A model generated the notes under the pieces. It was not told the origin of the DNA. It saw only the letters and a list, made by a program, of their open reading frames with translations, and searched no databases. Shown piece after piece: positions 11,177 through 21,736 of a stretch of 64,000 bases of DNA. Positions within the stretch are counted from its first letter, which is position 1, and each line of letters starts with the position of its first letter. This DNA is from Candidatus Hodarchaeota archaeon (GTDB lineage Archaea; Asgardarchaeota; Lokiarchaeia; Sigyniarchaeales; SOKP01). Position numbers and translations under genes: made by a program. The stretch is from assembly GCA_048886685.1 (NCBI GenBank), contig JBHLKM010000015.1, forward strand, positions 49,073 through 113,072. Direction: 5' to 3'.

Positions 11177-11668
11177 ATGGAAAGTACACTTTTATTAGGT
11201 TTAAGACAAGTTAAAGCAATTTCGGATTATCAATTTGGCAAAGAAATAACTGACATTCTATTTAGTAAACTAGAGAATATTCATATTGAAAGATCTCTGG
11301 CTACTAATAAAATACGGTACATTTTTCATAATAACAATTTAATGCTCACTTTACGACCTAATAATGGTTTCTTTACATTGAGTTTATATTCTGCTAATAT
11401 GATAATCAAGAATATTTCAACTCCAAAATTAAGGATTATTGTTTTAAATGAGATTTCTGAGTTTATAAAGAAGGGTAGGAATGTTTTTTGTAAACATGTT
11501 GTTAATATTGATGAAAATTTAAGACCTTTAGATGAGGTAATCATAGTTAATCAAAATGATGAATTATTAGCTATTGGAAGATTAAAATTACCTATTTCAT
11601 ATGTGAAGTCTTTCTCAAGTGGAGTTGCTGTAAATGTTCGAAAAGGAGTTTATAAATCAAAAATTTAA
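11177..11668 (+). CDS. PUA-domain RNA-binding protein (ArcTGT C-terminal-like)
   Basis: DYQFG, GRNVFCKHV, RPLDEV, LAIGR, GVAVNVRKG. Confidence 0.85.
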   Translation: MESTLLLGLRQVKAISDYQFGKEITDILFSKLENIHIERSLATNKIRYIFHNNNLMLTLRPNNGFFTLSLYSANMIIKNISTPKLRIIVLNEISEFIKKGRNVFCKHVVNIDENLRPLDEVIIVNQNDELLAIGRLKLPISYVKSFSSGVAVNVRKGVYKSKI

Positions 11669-11710
11669 AATGCAAATTACTATATAATTATATAGAAATT
11701 ATAGCTAAAA

Positions 11711-12199
11711 GTGAAGATTTTGGTAAAGCTCCCAAAAGAAATGCAAGATAAAGTTAAGAATAAACCTAAAAGGCCTCAAGCAGCCCCAAAGAGAGAAGGT
11801 GCCCAATTTGGATCAAGACAGATGCGAAGAAGAATGCAACAACAAGGAATTGAAATGGATCAAATCGAAGCAACAAGAGTTATAATTGAGGGAACAGAAA
11901 AAACATTAATACTTGAACAACCTGAAGTTGTATTAATGAAACAAGCGGATCAAGAGATTTATCAGATAATAGGGCAAGCAGAAGAGCGTTCATCAGAGGA
12001 TCTTACAATTGTTACTGATGCACAAATTGAAGATGAGGAATCAATAGAAGAGACAGAAGTTAAACCAACTATAACAGAAAATGATATAATGTTAGTAGCC
12101 AGTCAAGCAAATGTCGATAAAAAAGAAGCTGAAACTGTATTAAAAGAATGTGATGGTGATATTGCTAAGGCAATTCTGTTTTTTAAAAATCGACCTTAA
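11711..12199 (+). CDS. nac: Nascent polypeptide-associated complex protein
   Basis: RQMRRRMQQQGI NAC domain and UBA-like DIMLVASQA…GDIAKAI. Confidence 0.9.
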   Translation: MKILVKLPKEMQDKVKNKPKRPQAAPKREGAQFGSRQMRRRMQQQGIEMDQIEATRVIIEGTEKTLILEQPEVVLMKQADQEIYQIIGQAEERSSEDLTIVTDAQIEDEESIEETEVKPTITENDIMLVASQANVDKKEAETVLKECDGDIAKAILFFKNRP

Positions 12200-12285
12200 G
12201 AGAATTAATTTTTTAAATTTAGAAATCATAAAAATTAAGAATTATAAAATTTTTAATATTCAAAAAGAAGATTACATGATAAGGA

Positions 12286-12639
12286 ATGTCAAAAGTTAGG
12301 AAAAAACAAATTGAGCGTCAAAAAGTTCTTTCAGAATTAGATATCAAATTTGAAAAAATTATTCAATTTTCTGGTTGGATATTCTTACTTGTTTTTGGGG
12401 GTTTTATTGGAGGTTGGATATTGCTAGATACGATGTTAGAAATAATAGATTTAAGTGTAGGTGCTATAACTTTTAGCTTCATAATATTTACTGGAACGAA
12501 CTCAGCGGTTAGTTTTGGTGTAGCATCAAAAGTAAAAAAGGACCGAAGTAAAAAAAGAGAAATTTTTCTTGATTGGTTATTAGGAGAATTTCTTTTGTGC
12601 ATGTTTGCAATATTTTCTGTTGCTGCATATCAATGGTGA
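12286..12639 (+). CDS. Hypothetical three-TM membrane protein
   Basis: 117 aa hydrophobic ORF. Confidence 0.65.
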   Translation: MSKVRKKQIERQKVLSELDIKFEKIIQFSGWIFLLVFGGFIGGWILLDTMLEIIDLSVGAITFSFIIFTGTNSAVSFGVASKVKKDRSKKREIFLDWLLGEFLLCMFAIFSVAAYQW

Positions 12640-12696
12640 ATGTCTCTTTTTTTATTCACTCTTTCTAGTCTGAAGATTATAAAAATAAAAAAAGAA

Positions 12697-13026
12697 TCAT
12701 TTATAGTCTTCTCTGGCAGGATGGAAAATATCAATCACTTCAGAATCTTCCAAAATTATAGCCCCATGTTTTTCATTTGAGTTAAAAATATATCCATCAC
12801 CCGTTTTCGCTATAAATTCACCCTTTTCTGTAAGGATTTTTAATTTTCCCTCTATTACATATCCAATTTGGTCTTCCTTGTGAGAGTGGATGGGGACCTC
12901 TGCATTTTGTTCAAGTTTAAAATGGCATAACATAAGATTATTATTAAATAATAACGTTTTTCTATAAACTCCTTCAAAAACTCTAATTTGTTTAATATTT
13001 TCCTTACTCATGATATTTTTCATCAT
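12697..13026 (-). CDS. Cupin-domain protein
   Basis: PIHSH…QIGYVIEG, EKHGA, DIFHPAREDY. Confidence 0.9.
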   Translation of the reverse strand: MMKNIMSKENIKQIRVFEGVYRKTLLFNNNLMLCHFKLEQNAEVPIHSHKEDQIGYVIEGKLKILTEKGEFIAKTGDGYIFNSNEKHGAIILEDSEVIDIFHPAREDYK

Positions 13027-13454
13027 TATAACTTCCCCCTATTAAACCAATTTGATAAATTTTTTTGTTTAAATACTCACATATTCATTTGTTAAGTAAT
13101 TATTTAATTTCAAATTTAATAAAGACTGTAATTTCCTCGACAAAATTTTAGGAGAATGGCAAGTCCAAAAATGATAAATTACAAATCAATTACACTCCAA
13201 ATAATTATGTATTTTTTTCTGATTTAAACAACCAACAAAAGATATTGCAAATAAAGTGTTAATAAAATAACTTTAAATTGGAGAAATAAATAAATTTTTA
13301 TATCAAAAGAGGTAAAATATTAACGATAATAAAGAATTAATAATTCTCTTAGTTCAGATCACGGCACCGACAAAATTTTGTCTATTTAAGGATATTAGGT
13401 TATAGTTCTTTATTGTTAAAGATAATTTGAATTTGAAAAAACAGAGGTTATAGA

Positions 13455-16400
13455 TTGGTATTGTTATCAGATCCTAAAACTATAAAAGAAAAAGATGGCA
13501 AAAAAATAAAGAGGAATTATTTAACAAAATTATTACCTCGAGTTTTTAGAACTGAAGGTGATGTTGTACCTTTTGAACCAATTAAAATTGAACAGAGTCT
13601 TATTAGAGAAACTGGTTTAGATCAAAGATCTGCTGATAGAATTACTGAACTTGTTGTTAGAAGAATAATTTCTTCAGGGATTAAATTTCTATCAGGTCCG
13701 CATATTCGAGAAATCGTTTGTTCAATTTTATCGGAACAACATTTTGAAGAAGAACGTAAAATATATACTAGAATTGGAATGCCAATAATGGATTATGAAG
13801 CTATTTTAGAATATGGTGTTGATGAAAATGCAAATCAAGATATGAATCCAGAAAGTATTCATCATTGGGCAGCGAATAGAATTTCCGATGAATACGCATT
13901 ATTGAGAATTTTGGATTCAGAAGAGGCGCACGCTCATTTATTTGGTGATCTCCATGTTCATATGCTTCGGTATTTCGATTTAAGACCTTTTTGCGTAGAT
14001 GGTAGTACAAAAATTCCCGTAATCAATAGAGAAGGGATACTAAACTATATAGAAGCAAAATATTTTGACATTTTTTTTGATGATGAGTCTTATATGAATA
14101 TTTATAATGAAGGTTATTATTTTTATACTCCGAGTGGACCTAGACGAGTGAAAATCGTATCACGAAGAGAATCTGATCCTACTATGTATAAAGTTGTAAC
14201 TGAGAAAGGAAAAGAAATTATATTAAGTGAAGATCATAAAATCATGGTCTTTAATAACCATATTCCTGAAGAAATGTCTGTGTCTAATTTAAAAACTGGC
14301 GATAAAATTAAGATTTTAGATACCTTAGTTCACCATAGAAATCTTAATGAGATTAATCTAATAGAATATTTAGAAAAAAAATGCTCATTAGAAGATTTAG
14401 AGACTATATACGTAAGAAATCTTAGAGAAGAACTTCTACATATTAAACATCAACATTCTATTTCATGGGGTGATGTTTTTCAAAAAGCAGAAATATTAGA
14501 TTATCCTAGAAGTTGGGAATCAGGAAATATACCTATAATTAAAGCAATAAATCTAATTAGAGAATATAATATTGAAATATCTAATTTAGAAATAGGTACT
14601 GTAGGTTCTCCATATTTCTTACCTGCTATATTACCTATCACCCCATCTCTCCTACAATTAGTAGGTTATTTCGTCTCTGAAGGAAATTATGATATTTCTG
14701 AAGGTAATTATTATAATTTAACATTGACTAACAGTGATCCTAGGATTTTAGCCGATATGAGATTGTGTATTGAAAATTCATTTGACACGTTTATAACTCC
14801 CTGTGAGATTGAAGGTAAAGCACCCCAATTATTTTTTGGGGGTAAACTAATTTATCTTCTTTTTAAATATGTTTTCGGAATAAAGTCTAAAGCTGAGAAC
14901 AAAAGTTTAGGTGAAATTTTTAATAATTTATCAATTCGATCATTATACTATCTTTTGAAAACTATGTTCAGTGGCGATGGTCATATTGTATATCGTCCTG
15001 AAAAAGCAGATTGTGAAATAACTTACACATCAAAATCAAAATCTCTAATTGACTTTTTAAGTTTTACATTATCTTCCTTCGATATTCGCCATAGTATAAA
15101 AAATGAAGAATATGAATATAATTTTCCTCCATACCAAGGTGAGGGAATAGAATATAGAATTCATATTTATGGACATAGAAATATAGTGCGTTTGAATTCA
15201 ATTATGGGTTTTGTGCAGCAAGAAAAACAAAATAAATTAGAAAGATTTCTTAGAGATCATCAACCAATTTTTACTGAAACTAATCTACCTTACGAATATA
15301 TAAAAGAAATAATTCCTGTACCTCCAACACATCCTTATGTTTATGATTTTTCTTTAGAAGGTGATGATTCTTGGGAGGAGCATACTTTTTATGCTGGAAA
15401 TATATTGATCCATAACTGTCAAGAATGGGATCCACGAATGGTTCTAGAACATGGATTACCTCCAGTGGAGAGTTGGGTACATTGCAGTAAATCAGGACCC
15501 GCAGGTAGCTTACGTGTAGCGGTTACTCATCTTGCTAAATGGTTGGGGATTATTCAGGGGGAATTTAGTGGAGGACAGGGGTATGATTATATAACTACGT
15601 TTTTGGCACCGTATGCTCGGGGTGTTTCTAATAGAGAAATTGAGCAATCAATGCAATGTTTAATATTTGAAACTAATCAAATATTTGCAGCAAGAGGAGG
15701 ACAAGTTCCATTTACTTCAATCTCCTGTACTCCAACAGTACCAGATGGTTTATTAAATATAACTGCAGTTGGACCTCATGGAAAAATAGAAGGAACTTAC
15801 GGTGATTATAAAGATGAATGTCTTAGACTCTTTGATGCTTTGACTGATGTTTATATCCAAGGGGATCATAATGGAAAACTATTTGCTTTCCCGAAACATG
15901 AGATTAAAATTAAAAAAGAATGGCTAAGTGAATTTGAGCCATCTTATTTAAAACTGATGGAAGAAGTTGCAACAATGGGAACTCCTTACTTTCTTAACAT
16001 GTGTCCAGATTGGATGCCTGATGAAATTCATAGCCAATGTTGCAGAAAATTCTTAAGTGGTAATCAAATAATAGAACAATGTATTCTCGATCCCGAAAAG
16101 CGAAAAAACACTAATGTATGGGAGAATTATGTGACAATTGGTTCATTACAAAGTGTTAGTTTAAATTTACCTCGCTATGCTTACCTTTCCAGTGATATAG
16201 ATGATTATTTTACAATATTGGACGAGAAAATGGAACTTTCAGCAAGAATTCTTAGAAAAAAATGGAATTTAATGGAAAGAAGATTAAAAACAGGTCATTT
16301 ACCTTTATGTAGTGGTAAAATTAATGGCAAACCTATTTTCAATATTAATGAACAGAATCTTTCAATCGGTTTTACTGGACTAAATGAAGCGGTGAAAAGC

Positions 16401-17009
16401 CTAACTGAATATGAATTACATGAGAATGATACTGCTTACGAATTAGGGAAAAAAATATTAAGTTATATGGTCGCTAAATGCAATAGTATGACAGAGAGAG
16501 ATAAAAAATATTACTCTTTATGGCAACAACCCGCAGAATCAACTTCTGGTAGATTAGCAAAACTGGATCTCAAACATTTTCCAAATAAAGCGATTCCTCA
16601 ATCATCTGGCAATTCTGTGTATTATACTAATTCTGATCATATTCGTTATGATGCAGATATATCATTATCAAGAAGAATACAATTACAAGCAGATTATCAC
16701 CCTATTGTGAATGGAGGAGTGATTACTCATATTTGGCTTGGAGAACAAAAACCTGATATCGATGGGTTATGGGAACTGACTAAAAATATTTGTCTCAATA
16801 CAAACACCGCGTATTTTGCTTATACGATTGATTTTATTTATTGCCCCTCATGTAGGAGAATGTTTAGAGGAACTCAATTTAATTGTCCCAGATGTAATTC
16901 TGACAATGTAAAAGTATATTCAAGAGTTACAGGATATTACAGTGAAGTAAATAGATATAATCCTGGAAAAAGAGCAGAATGGGATACAAGAAAGAGATAT
17001 AACTTGTAA
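13455..17009 (+). CDS. nrdD: Anaerobic (class III) ribonucleoside-triphosphate reductase with ATP-cone and one intein
   Basis: ATP-cone, GDLHVH, FSGGQG, PAES, YYTNS, CxxC…CxxC, glycyl-radical loop SRVTGYY. Confidence 0.95.
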   Translation: MVLLSDPKTIKEKDGKKIKRNYLTKLLPRVFRTEGDVVPFEPIKIEQSLIRETGLDQRSADRITELVVRRIISSGIKFLSGPHIREIVCSILSEQHFEEERKIYTRIGMPIMDYEAILEYGVDENANQDMNPESIHHWAANRISDEYALLRILDSEEAHAHLFGDLHVHMLRYFDLRPFCVDGSTKIPVINREGILNYIEAKYFDIFFDDESYMNIYNEGYYFYTPSGPRRVKIVSRRESDPTMYKVVTEKGKEIILSEDHKIMVFNNHIPEEMSVSNLKTGDKIKILDTLVHHRNLNEINLIEYLEKKCSLEDLETIYVRNLREELLHIKHQHSISWGDVFQKAEILDYPRSWESGNIPIIKAINLIREYNIEISNLEIGTVGSPYFLPAILPITPSLLQLVGYFVSEGNYDISEGNYYNLTLTNSDPRILADMRLCIENSFDTFITPCEIEGKAPQLFFGGKLIYLLFKYVFGIKSKAENKSLGEIFNNLSIRSLYYLLKTMFSGDGHIVYRPEKADCEITYTSKSKSLIDFLSFTLSSFDIRHSIKNEEYEYNFPPYQGEGIEYRIHIYGHRNIVRLNSIMGFVQQEKQNKLERFLRDHQPIFTETNLPYEYIKEIIPVPPTHPYVYDFSLEGDDSWEEHTFYAGNILIHNCQEWDPRMVLEHGLPPVESWVHCSKSGPAGSLRVAVTHLAKWLGIIQGEFSGGQGYDYITTFLAPYARGVSNREIEQSMQCLIFETNQIFAARGGQVPFTSISCTPTVPDGLLNITAVGPHGKIEGTYGDYKDECLRLFDALTDVYIQGDHNGKLFAFPKHEIKIKKEWLSEFEPSYLKLMEEVATMGTPYFLNMCPDWMPDEIHSQCCRKFLSGNQIIEQCILDPEKRKNTNVWENYVTIGSLQSVSLNLPRYAYLSSDIDDYFTILDEKMELSARILRKKWNLMERRLKTGHLPLCSGKINGKPIFNINEQNLSIGFTGLNEAVKSLTEYELHENDTAYELGKKILSYMVAKCNSMTERDKKYYSLWQQPAESTSGRLAKLDLKHFPNKAIPQSSGNSVYYTNSDHIRYDADISLSRRIQLQADYHPIVNGGVITHIWLGEQKPDIDGLWELTKNICLNTNTAYFAYTIDFIYCPSCRRMFRGTQFNCPRCNSDNVKVYSRVTGYYSEVNRYNPGKRAEWDTRKRYNL
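13992..15416 (+). mobile_element. Intein with LAGLIDADG homing endonuclease (475 aa) in nrdD
   Basis: Starts CVDGSTKI; block B SEDHKI; LVGYFVSEG and TMFSGDG endonuclease motifs; ends GNILIHN followed by Cys. Confidence 0.93.
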
Positions 17010-17166
17010 CTTACAAAATTAAATGAGAAAATTTACATTAAGCTAATAATAGATCCAAGATTCTCACTTTTTCGTAATTTTATACTTATAAATAATAAAA
17101 ACTCTTCTGATATAATTTATCAATAAATTTTTTAAATGCTTCATCAATTTCCATTTTTATCTCTGT

Positions 17167-17808
17167 TCACGTAATCAGTTTTGGAAAGAAACGTCCGGTT
17201 TTGGCTACATAATCATCATAAATTTCACCAAACATTTCTTGTAACATCTTTTCTTCCCCTCTAGCTTGGTAGGGGAGTGCTAGAAAACCAATCAAACCGA
17301 AAAATATCATCCAAGTTCCAATTGCTAGAAAAATGAAAAAATTTTCAAACACACCCGCAATATATGCTGGATGGCGAATATATTTATATGGTCCCCCAGT
17401 AGCAAGCACATATTCCTTTTCTTTCATTTGGCTGGTACAAAAAGTGTAATTGATATTATATATAAAAATTAATGATACCCAAATGCCAAGTAACCACATT
17501 CCAATAATACCTATCCAATTCACCCATATTGGTTGATTGATAATGGATATAAAATCCCAATGACCAAATATACTATGAAAAATAAAGTCAATTAATATGA
17601 TATAAGAAAATAATATCCCAAATCCAACAGCTATTTGTGACCATCGCCTTCCGGGTAATCGCTTATTATTGATTGGAGCATTTTTTCTAACAATAATAGA
17701 TCCTTTAGGTAATTTATTTCCTCGAATTTTTTTAACGATCGGAGGGAGTATAAATTTGATTGTCCATATACCAAAAATGGTGAATAATAATATAGAAATA
17801 TTTAACAT
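17167..17808 (-). CDS. Isoprenylcysteine carboxyl methyltransferase / PEMT-family membrane protein
   Basis: LATGGPYKYIRHPAY, EEKML…FGEIYDDY…TGRFFP. Confidence 0.88.
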   Translation of the reverse strand: MLNISILLFTIFGIWTIKFILPPIVKKIRGNKLPKGSIIVRKNAPINNKRLPGRRWSQIAVGFGILFSYIILIDFIFHSIFGHWDFISIINQPIWVNWIGIIGMWLLGIWVSLIFIYNINYTFCTSQMKEKEYVLATGGPYKYIRHPAYIAGVFENFFIFLAIGTWMIFFGLIGFLALPYQARGEEKMLQEMFGEIYDDYVAKTGRFFPKLIT

Positions 17809-17976
17809 GATAAAATCACCTAAAAAGAATAAAATGATACATAGATATATAACGTTTAATTAAATAATGATTTTATTTCTCAAAAAGGTTAACATAAAAA
17901 AAGTAGAATATTATTTTTTCCAAAACAAAAGATTTGGAAATGGCAATAAGATTTTGGGATAGTCACACTTCAGTTT

Positions 17977-18178
17977 ACTAAAAATTTACGTTTTACTACA
18001 AATATAGTCTATTTTGCTTATACTATTGATTTTGTTTATATTCCATCATGTAGGAAAATGTTTAGAGGGACTCAATTTAATTGTCTTATATGTAATTCTG
18101 ATGATGGAAAAGTTTAATCAAGAGTTACAGGATATTATAGAGAAGTTAATAGATATAATCCCGAAAAAAGCGGAATAG
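17977..18178 (+). pseudogene. Decayed duplicate of the nrdD 3' end
   Basis: Aligns by eye to about 16779-16983 (tattttgcttatac…tgtagg…atgtttagagg…tcaagagttacaggatatta); in-frame TAA and loss of Zn cysteines. Confidence 0.9.
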
Positions 18179-18257
18179 TAAGCTCGTAGACGTGAACAAC
18201 TTTTTCAATAATTCTTATTTTTCTATTTTTTAAATATAATCCCATACTATAAGATAT

Positions 18258-18584
18258 ATGATTAAAGAGAACTTTTTTAAAGAAGTTCAAGAATTAGTGG
18301 ACAATTGGATCCAAAACCATGGAGGATACTGGTCTCCCTTATCAATGATTTGTGCAATTGTGGAAGAGTTAGGAGAAGTTGCGAGGGAAATTAACTCTCT
18401 TGAAGGATACAAGCCCAAAAAATCTAATGATTTTAATTCAAATTTAGGAGAGGAATTAGCTGATCTTCTTTTTTCTATAATATGTATCGCTAATTATTAT
18501 AAAGTTGATTTGGGAGAAGAATTGATTAATATATTTGATAAATACTCCAAAAGAGACTCCAAACGATTTCAAGATTTAAAATAA
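18258..18584 (+). CDS. MazG-like nucleotide pyrophosphohydrolase
   Basis: GGYWSPLS, EELGEVAREIN, EELADLLF. Confidence 0.9.
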   Translation: MIKENFFKEVQELVDNWIQNHGGYWSPLSMICAIVEELGEVAREINSLEGYKPKKSNDFNSNLGEELADLLFSIICIANYYKVDLGEELINIFDKYSKRDSKRFQDLK

Positions 18585-18856
18585 TGTCTTGCTGTTCAGT
18601 GGAATACTAATTTGAAATAATCTTTAATGCAAGATTGTTTCCCTTTCTGTTTGGTATATTCAATTTTAAATACCTATTTCTAATATTGAACTCGCTAATT
18701 ATTTTTTTTATTATTATATTAAAATCAGTCTTATATCAAATCTACAGCTCCTAAATCATATTATCAACAAAAAAATATATACTCGTATTTATTACTATTT
18801 AATATTTAGTAAAAATTTATTTGGGAGTTTAATTTCATAAAATTTGATTTAGTGAT

Positions 18857-19636
18857 ATGGGGAAAGAAAAAAAGTCATTAGGGATAAAAACAACTAGATA
18901 CTTTACTAAAAATTGTTCTAAATGTGGCTTTGAATATCCTAACTGGTTTACAAATTGTCCGAAATGTGGTGCTGCGTGGGATGAAATGGAAGCAAAAGCA
19001 TTTTCTGGTGTTGAGGCAGATCAAAGGAAAACAATCAAAATTGTTGTAAAGATAACTGAAGAAGATTTTAACAAAGCCATATTATATGTAAACTTAATTT
19101 TTAGCGCGGATCAAGGAAAATCATGGTATCAAATGCCAATGGACACAAAAATGGATTATTTCATTGCTGAAATTGACGAAATTCCTACAGGTTCAATTAT
19201 CATTTATTACATCGAAGTTTATTTAGAGAATGGAGAGAGAATTATTGAGAATAATAATAATCAATATTATTACTATAAAGTAGGGGTATCTATTGGTGAA
19301 CCTGAAGAGAAAACTACTGAAAGTGAAAAGAAAGCGTTTAAAGACCAAATTCAGGAATCTCCAATCAAACCACAACAATATTTAAAGAGTACTAGCGAGC
19401 CTCAAAAATCAGGGACTTATGTAACTAGAAATATAGTTGATCAATCAACAAGGATTCCTCAAGAATCAATTAAATCCAATGCAAATACTATTACTCAGAA
19501 GCAAACCGCAAAAGATTTGACGATTTTTGGCAAACCTCAAACTAAAATTGATCCTGAATTAAAAGTTTGTACTTATTGTAAATCTAAGATAAAGAAAATG
19601 TGGAGTATCTGCCCTATTTGTGGAAAAGATTTATAA
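18857..19636 (+). CDS. Double zinc-ribbon protein
   Basis: N-terminal CSKC…CPKC and C-terminal CTYC…CPIC. Confidence 0.75.
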   Translation: MGKEKKSLGIKTTRYFTKNCSKCGFEYPNWFTNCPKCGAAWDEMEAKAFSGVEADQRKTIKIVVKITEEDFNKAILYVNLIFSADQGKSWYQMPMDTKMDYFIAEIDEIPTGSIIIYYIEVYLENGERIIENNNNQYYYYKVGVSIGEPEEKTTESEKKAFKDQIQESPIKPQQYLKSTSEPQKSGTYVTRNIVDQSTRIPQESIKSNANTITQKQTAKDLTIFGKPQTKIDPELKVCTYCKSKIKKMWSICPICGKDL

Positions 19637-19732
19637 CTAATTCTAATAATTAACTTGGATAACAAAAAATACTTTAAATTTTGAATTTAAAAGTTTAATT
19701 TTTGGTTTAGAAGTTAAATCTAAAAAAAATAA

Positions 19733-21403
19733 CTATAAGCGGTTACCACACTTGTTGCAAAAAGCATAATCAGATGATAGGATAGCCCCACAATTTTTAC
19801 AAACTATAAGCTCTTTACTACCTGATTGAGCAACTCCTCCTGCTGGTGATGGTGTTGGTTGAAGTGGTGTAAAACCACTAGATTTATTTCCGATATCAGC
19901 TGCATTTGGAATTATCCTCAGTTTACTCTCCTCCTGAATATGTGATTCTTTTTTTTCGCTAAATGGGACAAATTGGGATGATTGAGCTGTTGTTGTTTCT
20001 TCACCTTTCTGTGTTAAGGTCTGAAAAAGAGAAGGTGCATTTGTTGGTTCGCTTGCAGAAGTAGTAGGTGATATTGGGAAAGTATCGGTTAATTCTTCTT
20101 TCTCTTTCTTTTCTTTTTTAGGTTTTTCCTTCTTTTCTTTTTTAGGCTTTTTCATATCTTCTATTAGTTGTTTCTGCTTCTCCATATCTTCTTGAATTTT
20201 CTTTTCTTTCTCTTCCTTCTTCTTCTGTTTTTTCAATTTTTTCTTAGAATAAACAGGTTCAGGCATGTAATCCATTAAAGAATCAGATTTTGCTTGAGAT
20301 TCTCCTTGCGATGTAATAAAAGGGGTGGGAGGTAGATCAGATTTTTGAGTAGTTGGTATTTCTTGAGAAGATTGAAATCCTTCCGGTGCTGGTGCTGGAA
20401 TGGGGACTTTTGATGCAAAAGGAACCGTTTTTGGCTTGTAAGTTTCTTCAGTAGTGAATATAGCAGTCTTTTCAAAAGTTATAGAACTTTCAACACCCTC
20501 TTGCTTATCTTCAGCTAAAATTTCCTCAGGTGTTTTAAATTCAAATTCTATTGAATTACTTTGAATTTCTGGTTTTAGTTCAGGAATCGGTATTTCTGGC
20601 TCAAATTCTGACTCGAAAGAGGAACTGGAAGTGGGAGCCTTTATAATGGTAGGTTCTGGAACAGGAGGTGCTTCATATTCAAATTCTGGTTCTGGTTCGA
20701 ATGTTATTACTGGTTCTTGGCTTGTTATTGAAATAGGTTCAGGAACTGGAGGTGCAGAAAAGTCAATATTGGGCATTGCTTGAGGTGAGGAGGGTATATG
20801 GGTTTCAGTGCCCTCAATAGGTATAAATCCAGGGCTAAATACAACATTATCGGAAATGAGCTGATCTGGGACTCCAGATCCGATCATTAGGCAGGCAAGA
20901 ATATAGAAGCAATCTCCAACACCTTCTCCTGTTTTTGCAGAAGTCTCCATGTAATACAAATTGAAATCTCGAGTAAAATTATTGATTTCACTTAAAGAGA
21001 CCGCTCTCTGATCTACTAAATCGCTCTTATTACCAACTAATAATAAAGGAATTTCGGTTTTTACATTCGTTCTAACTTCTTCAATCCATTGAGGTAAATG
21101 TTCAAAACTAGCAGAATTCGTTAAATCAAAAATTAATAGAGCGCCTAATGATCCTCGATAATACATCGGTCTAATTGAACTAAATCGTTCTTGTCCGCCA
21201 GTATCCCATATTTGGAGTTTTGCCCTAATTGGTCCTTGATTAGAATCAATATTAATTGTTTTTACGTGAAAATCTACACCGATTGTCATTTTATAATCCT
21301 CTGTAAAGAAGCCTTTGGAAAACCTGAGAGTTAAAGCGGTCTTTCCCACGCCTCCATCTCCTACAACAATCGATTTAAAAAGATAGTCATATTCTTCTTC
21401 CAT
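19733..21403 (-). CDS. Rab-like small GTPase with long P/E/K-rich tail and C-terminal zinc ribbon
   Basis: YDYLFK, GDGGVGKT, TIGVDF, WDTGGQERF, YYRG, GNKSD, ETSAK; tail ends CKNCG…FCNKCG. Confidence 0.93.
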   Translation of the reverse strand: MEEEYDYLFKSIVVGDGGVGKTALTLRFSKGFFTEDYKMTIGVDFHVKTINIDSNQGPIRAKLQIWDTGGQERFSSIRPMYYRGSLGALLIFDLTNSASFEHLPQWIEEVRTNVKTEIPLLLVGNKSDLVDQRAVSLSEINNFTRDFNLYYMETSAKTGEGVGDCFYILACLMIGSGVPDQLISDNVVFSPGFIPIEGTETHIPSSPQAMPNIDFSAPPVPEPISITSQEPVITFEPEPEFEYEAPPVPEPTIIKAPTSSSSFESEFEPEIPIPELKPEIQSNSIEFEFKTPEEILAEDKQEGVESSITFEKTAIFTTEETYKPKTVPFASKVPIPAPAPEGFQSSQEIPTTQKSDLPPTPFITSQGESQAKSDSLMDYMPEPVYSKKKLKKQKKKEEKEKKIQEDMEKQKQLIEDMKKPKKEKKEKPKKEKKEKEELTDTFPISPTTSASEPTNAPSLFQTLTQKGEETTTAQSSQFVPFSEKKESHIQEESKLRIIPNAADIGNKSSGFTPLQPTPSPAGGVAQSGSKELIVCKNCGAILSSDYAFCNKCGNRL

Positions 21404-21736
21404 TACAGTTCCTCTGTTTACGATTCACTTTAATCTATTTAAAAAATTTTCAAAAATGTTCAAACTTCTATATATTATAACTATAAATACAAATTTATAA
21501 TTTTATTTATATCTATAAAACCGTATTCCGTCATGATACTAATAATAAAATAAGTTATTGGGGTAATATGCTTTAAGTATTTTTTAAAAATTGATCACTA
21601 GTAGAAAGATTATAGATTTAATGTTGTATTAAGGCATTAAATAATTCAATTTAAGATTTCTTCATTTATTTGTTAAAAAAATTTTTTATAGAAGATTCAT
21701 ATACTTTTTACAAGTTTTAATTGGAAGTGGATCATC

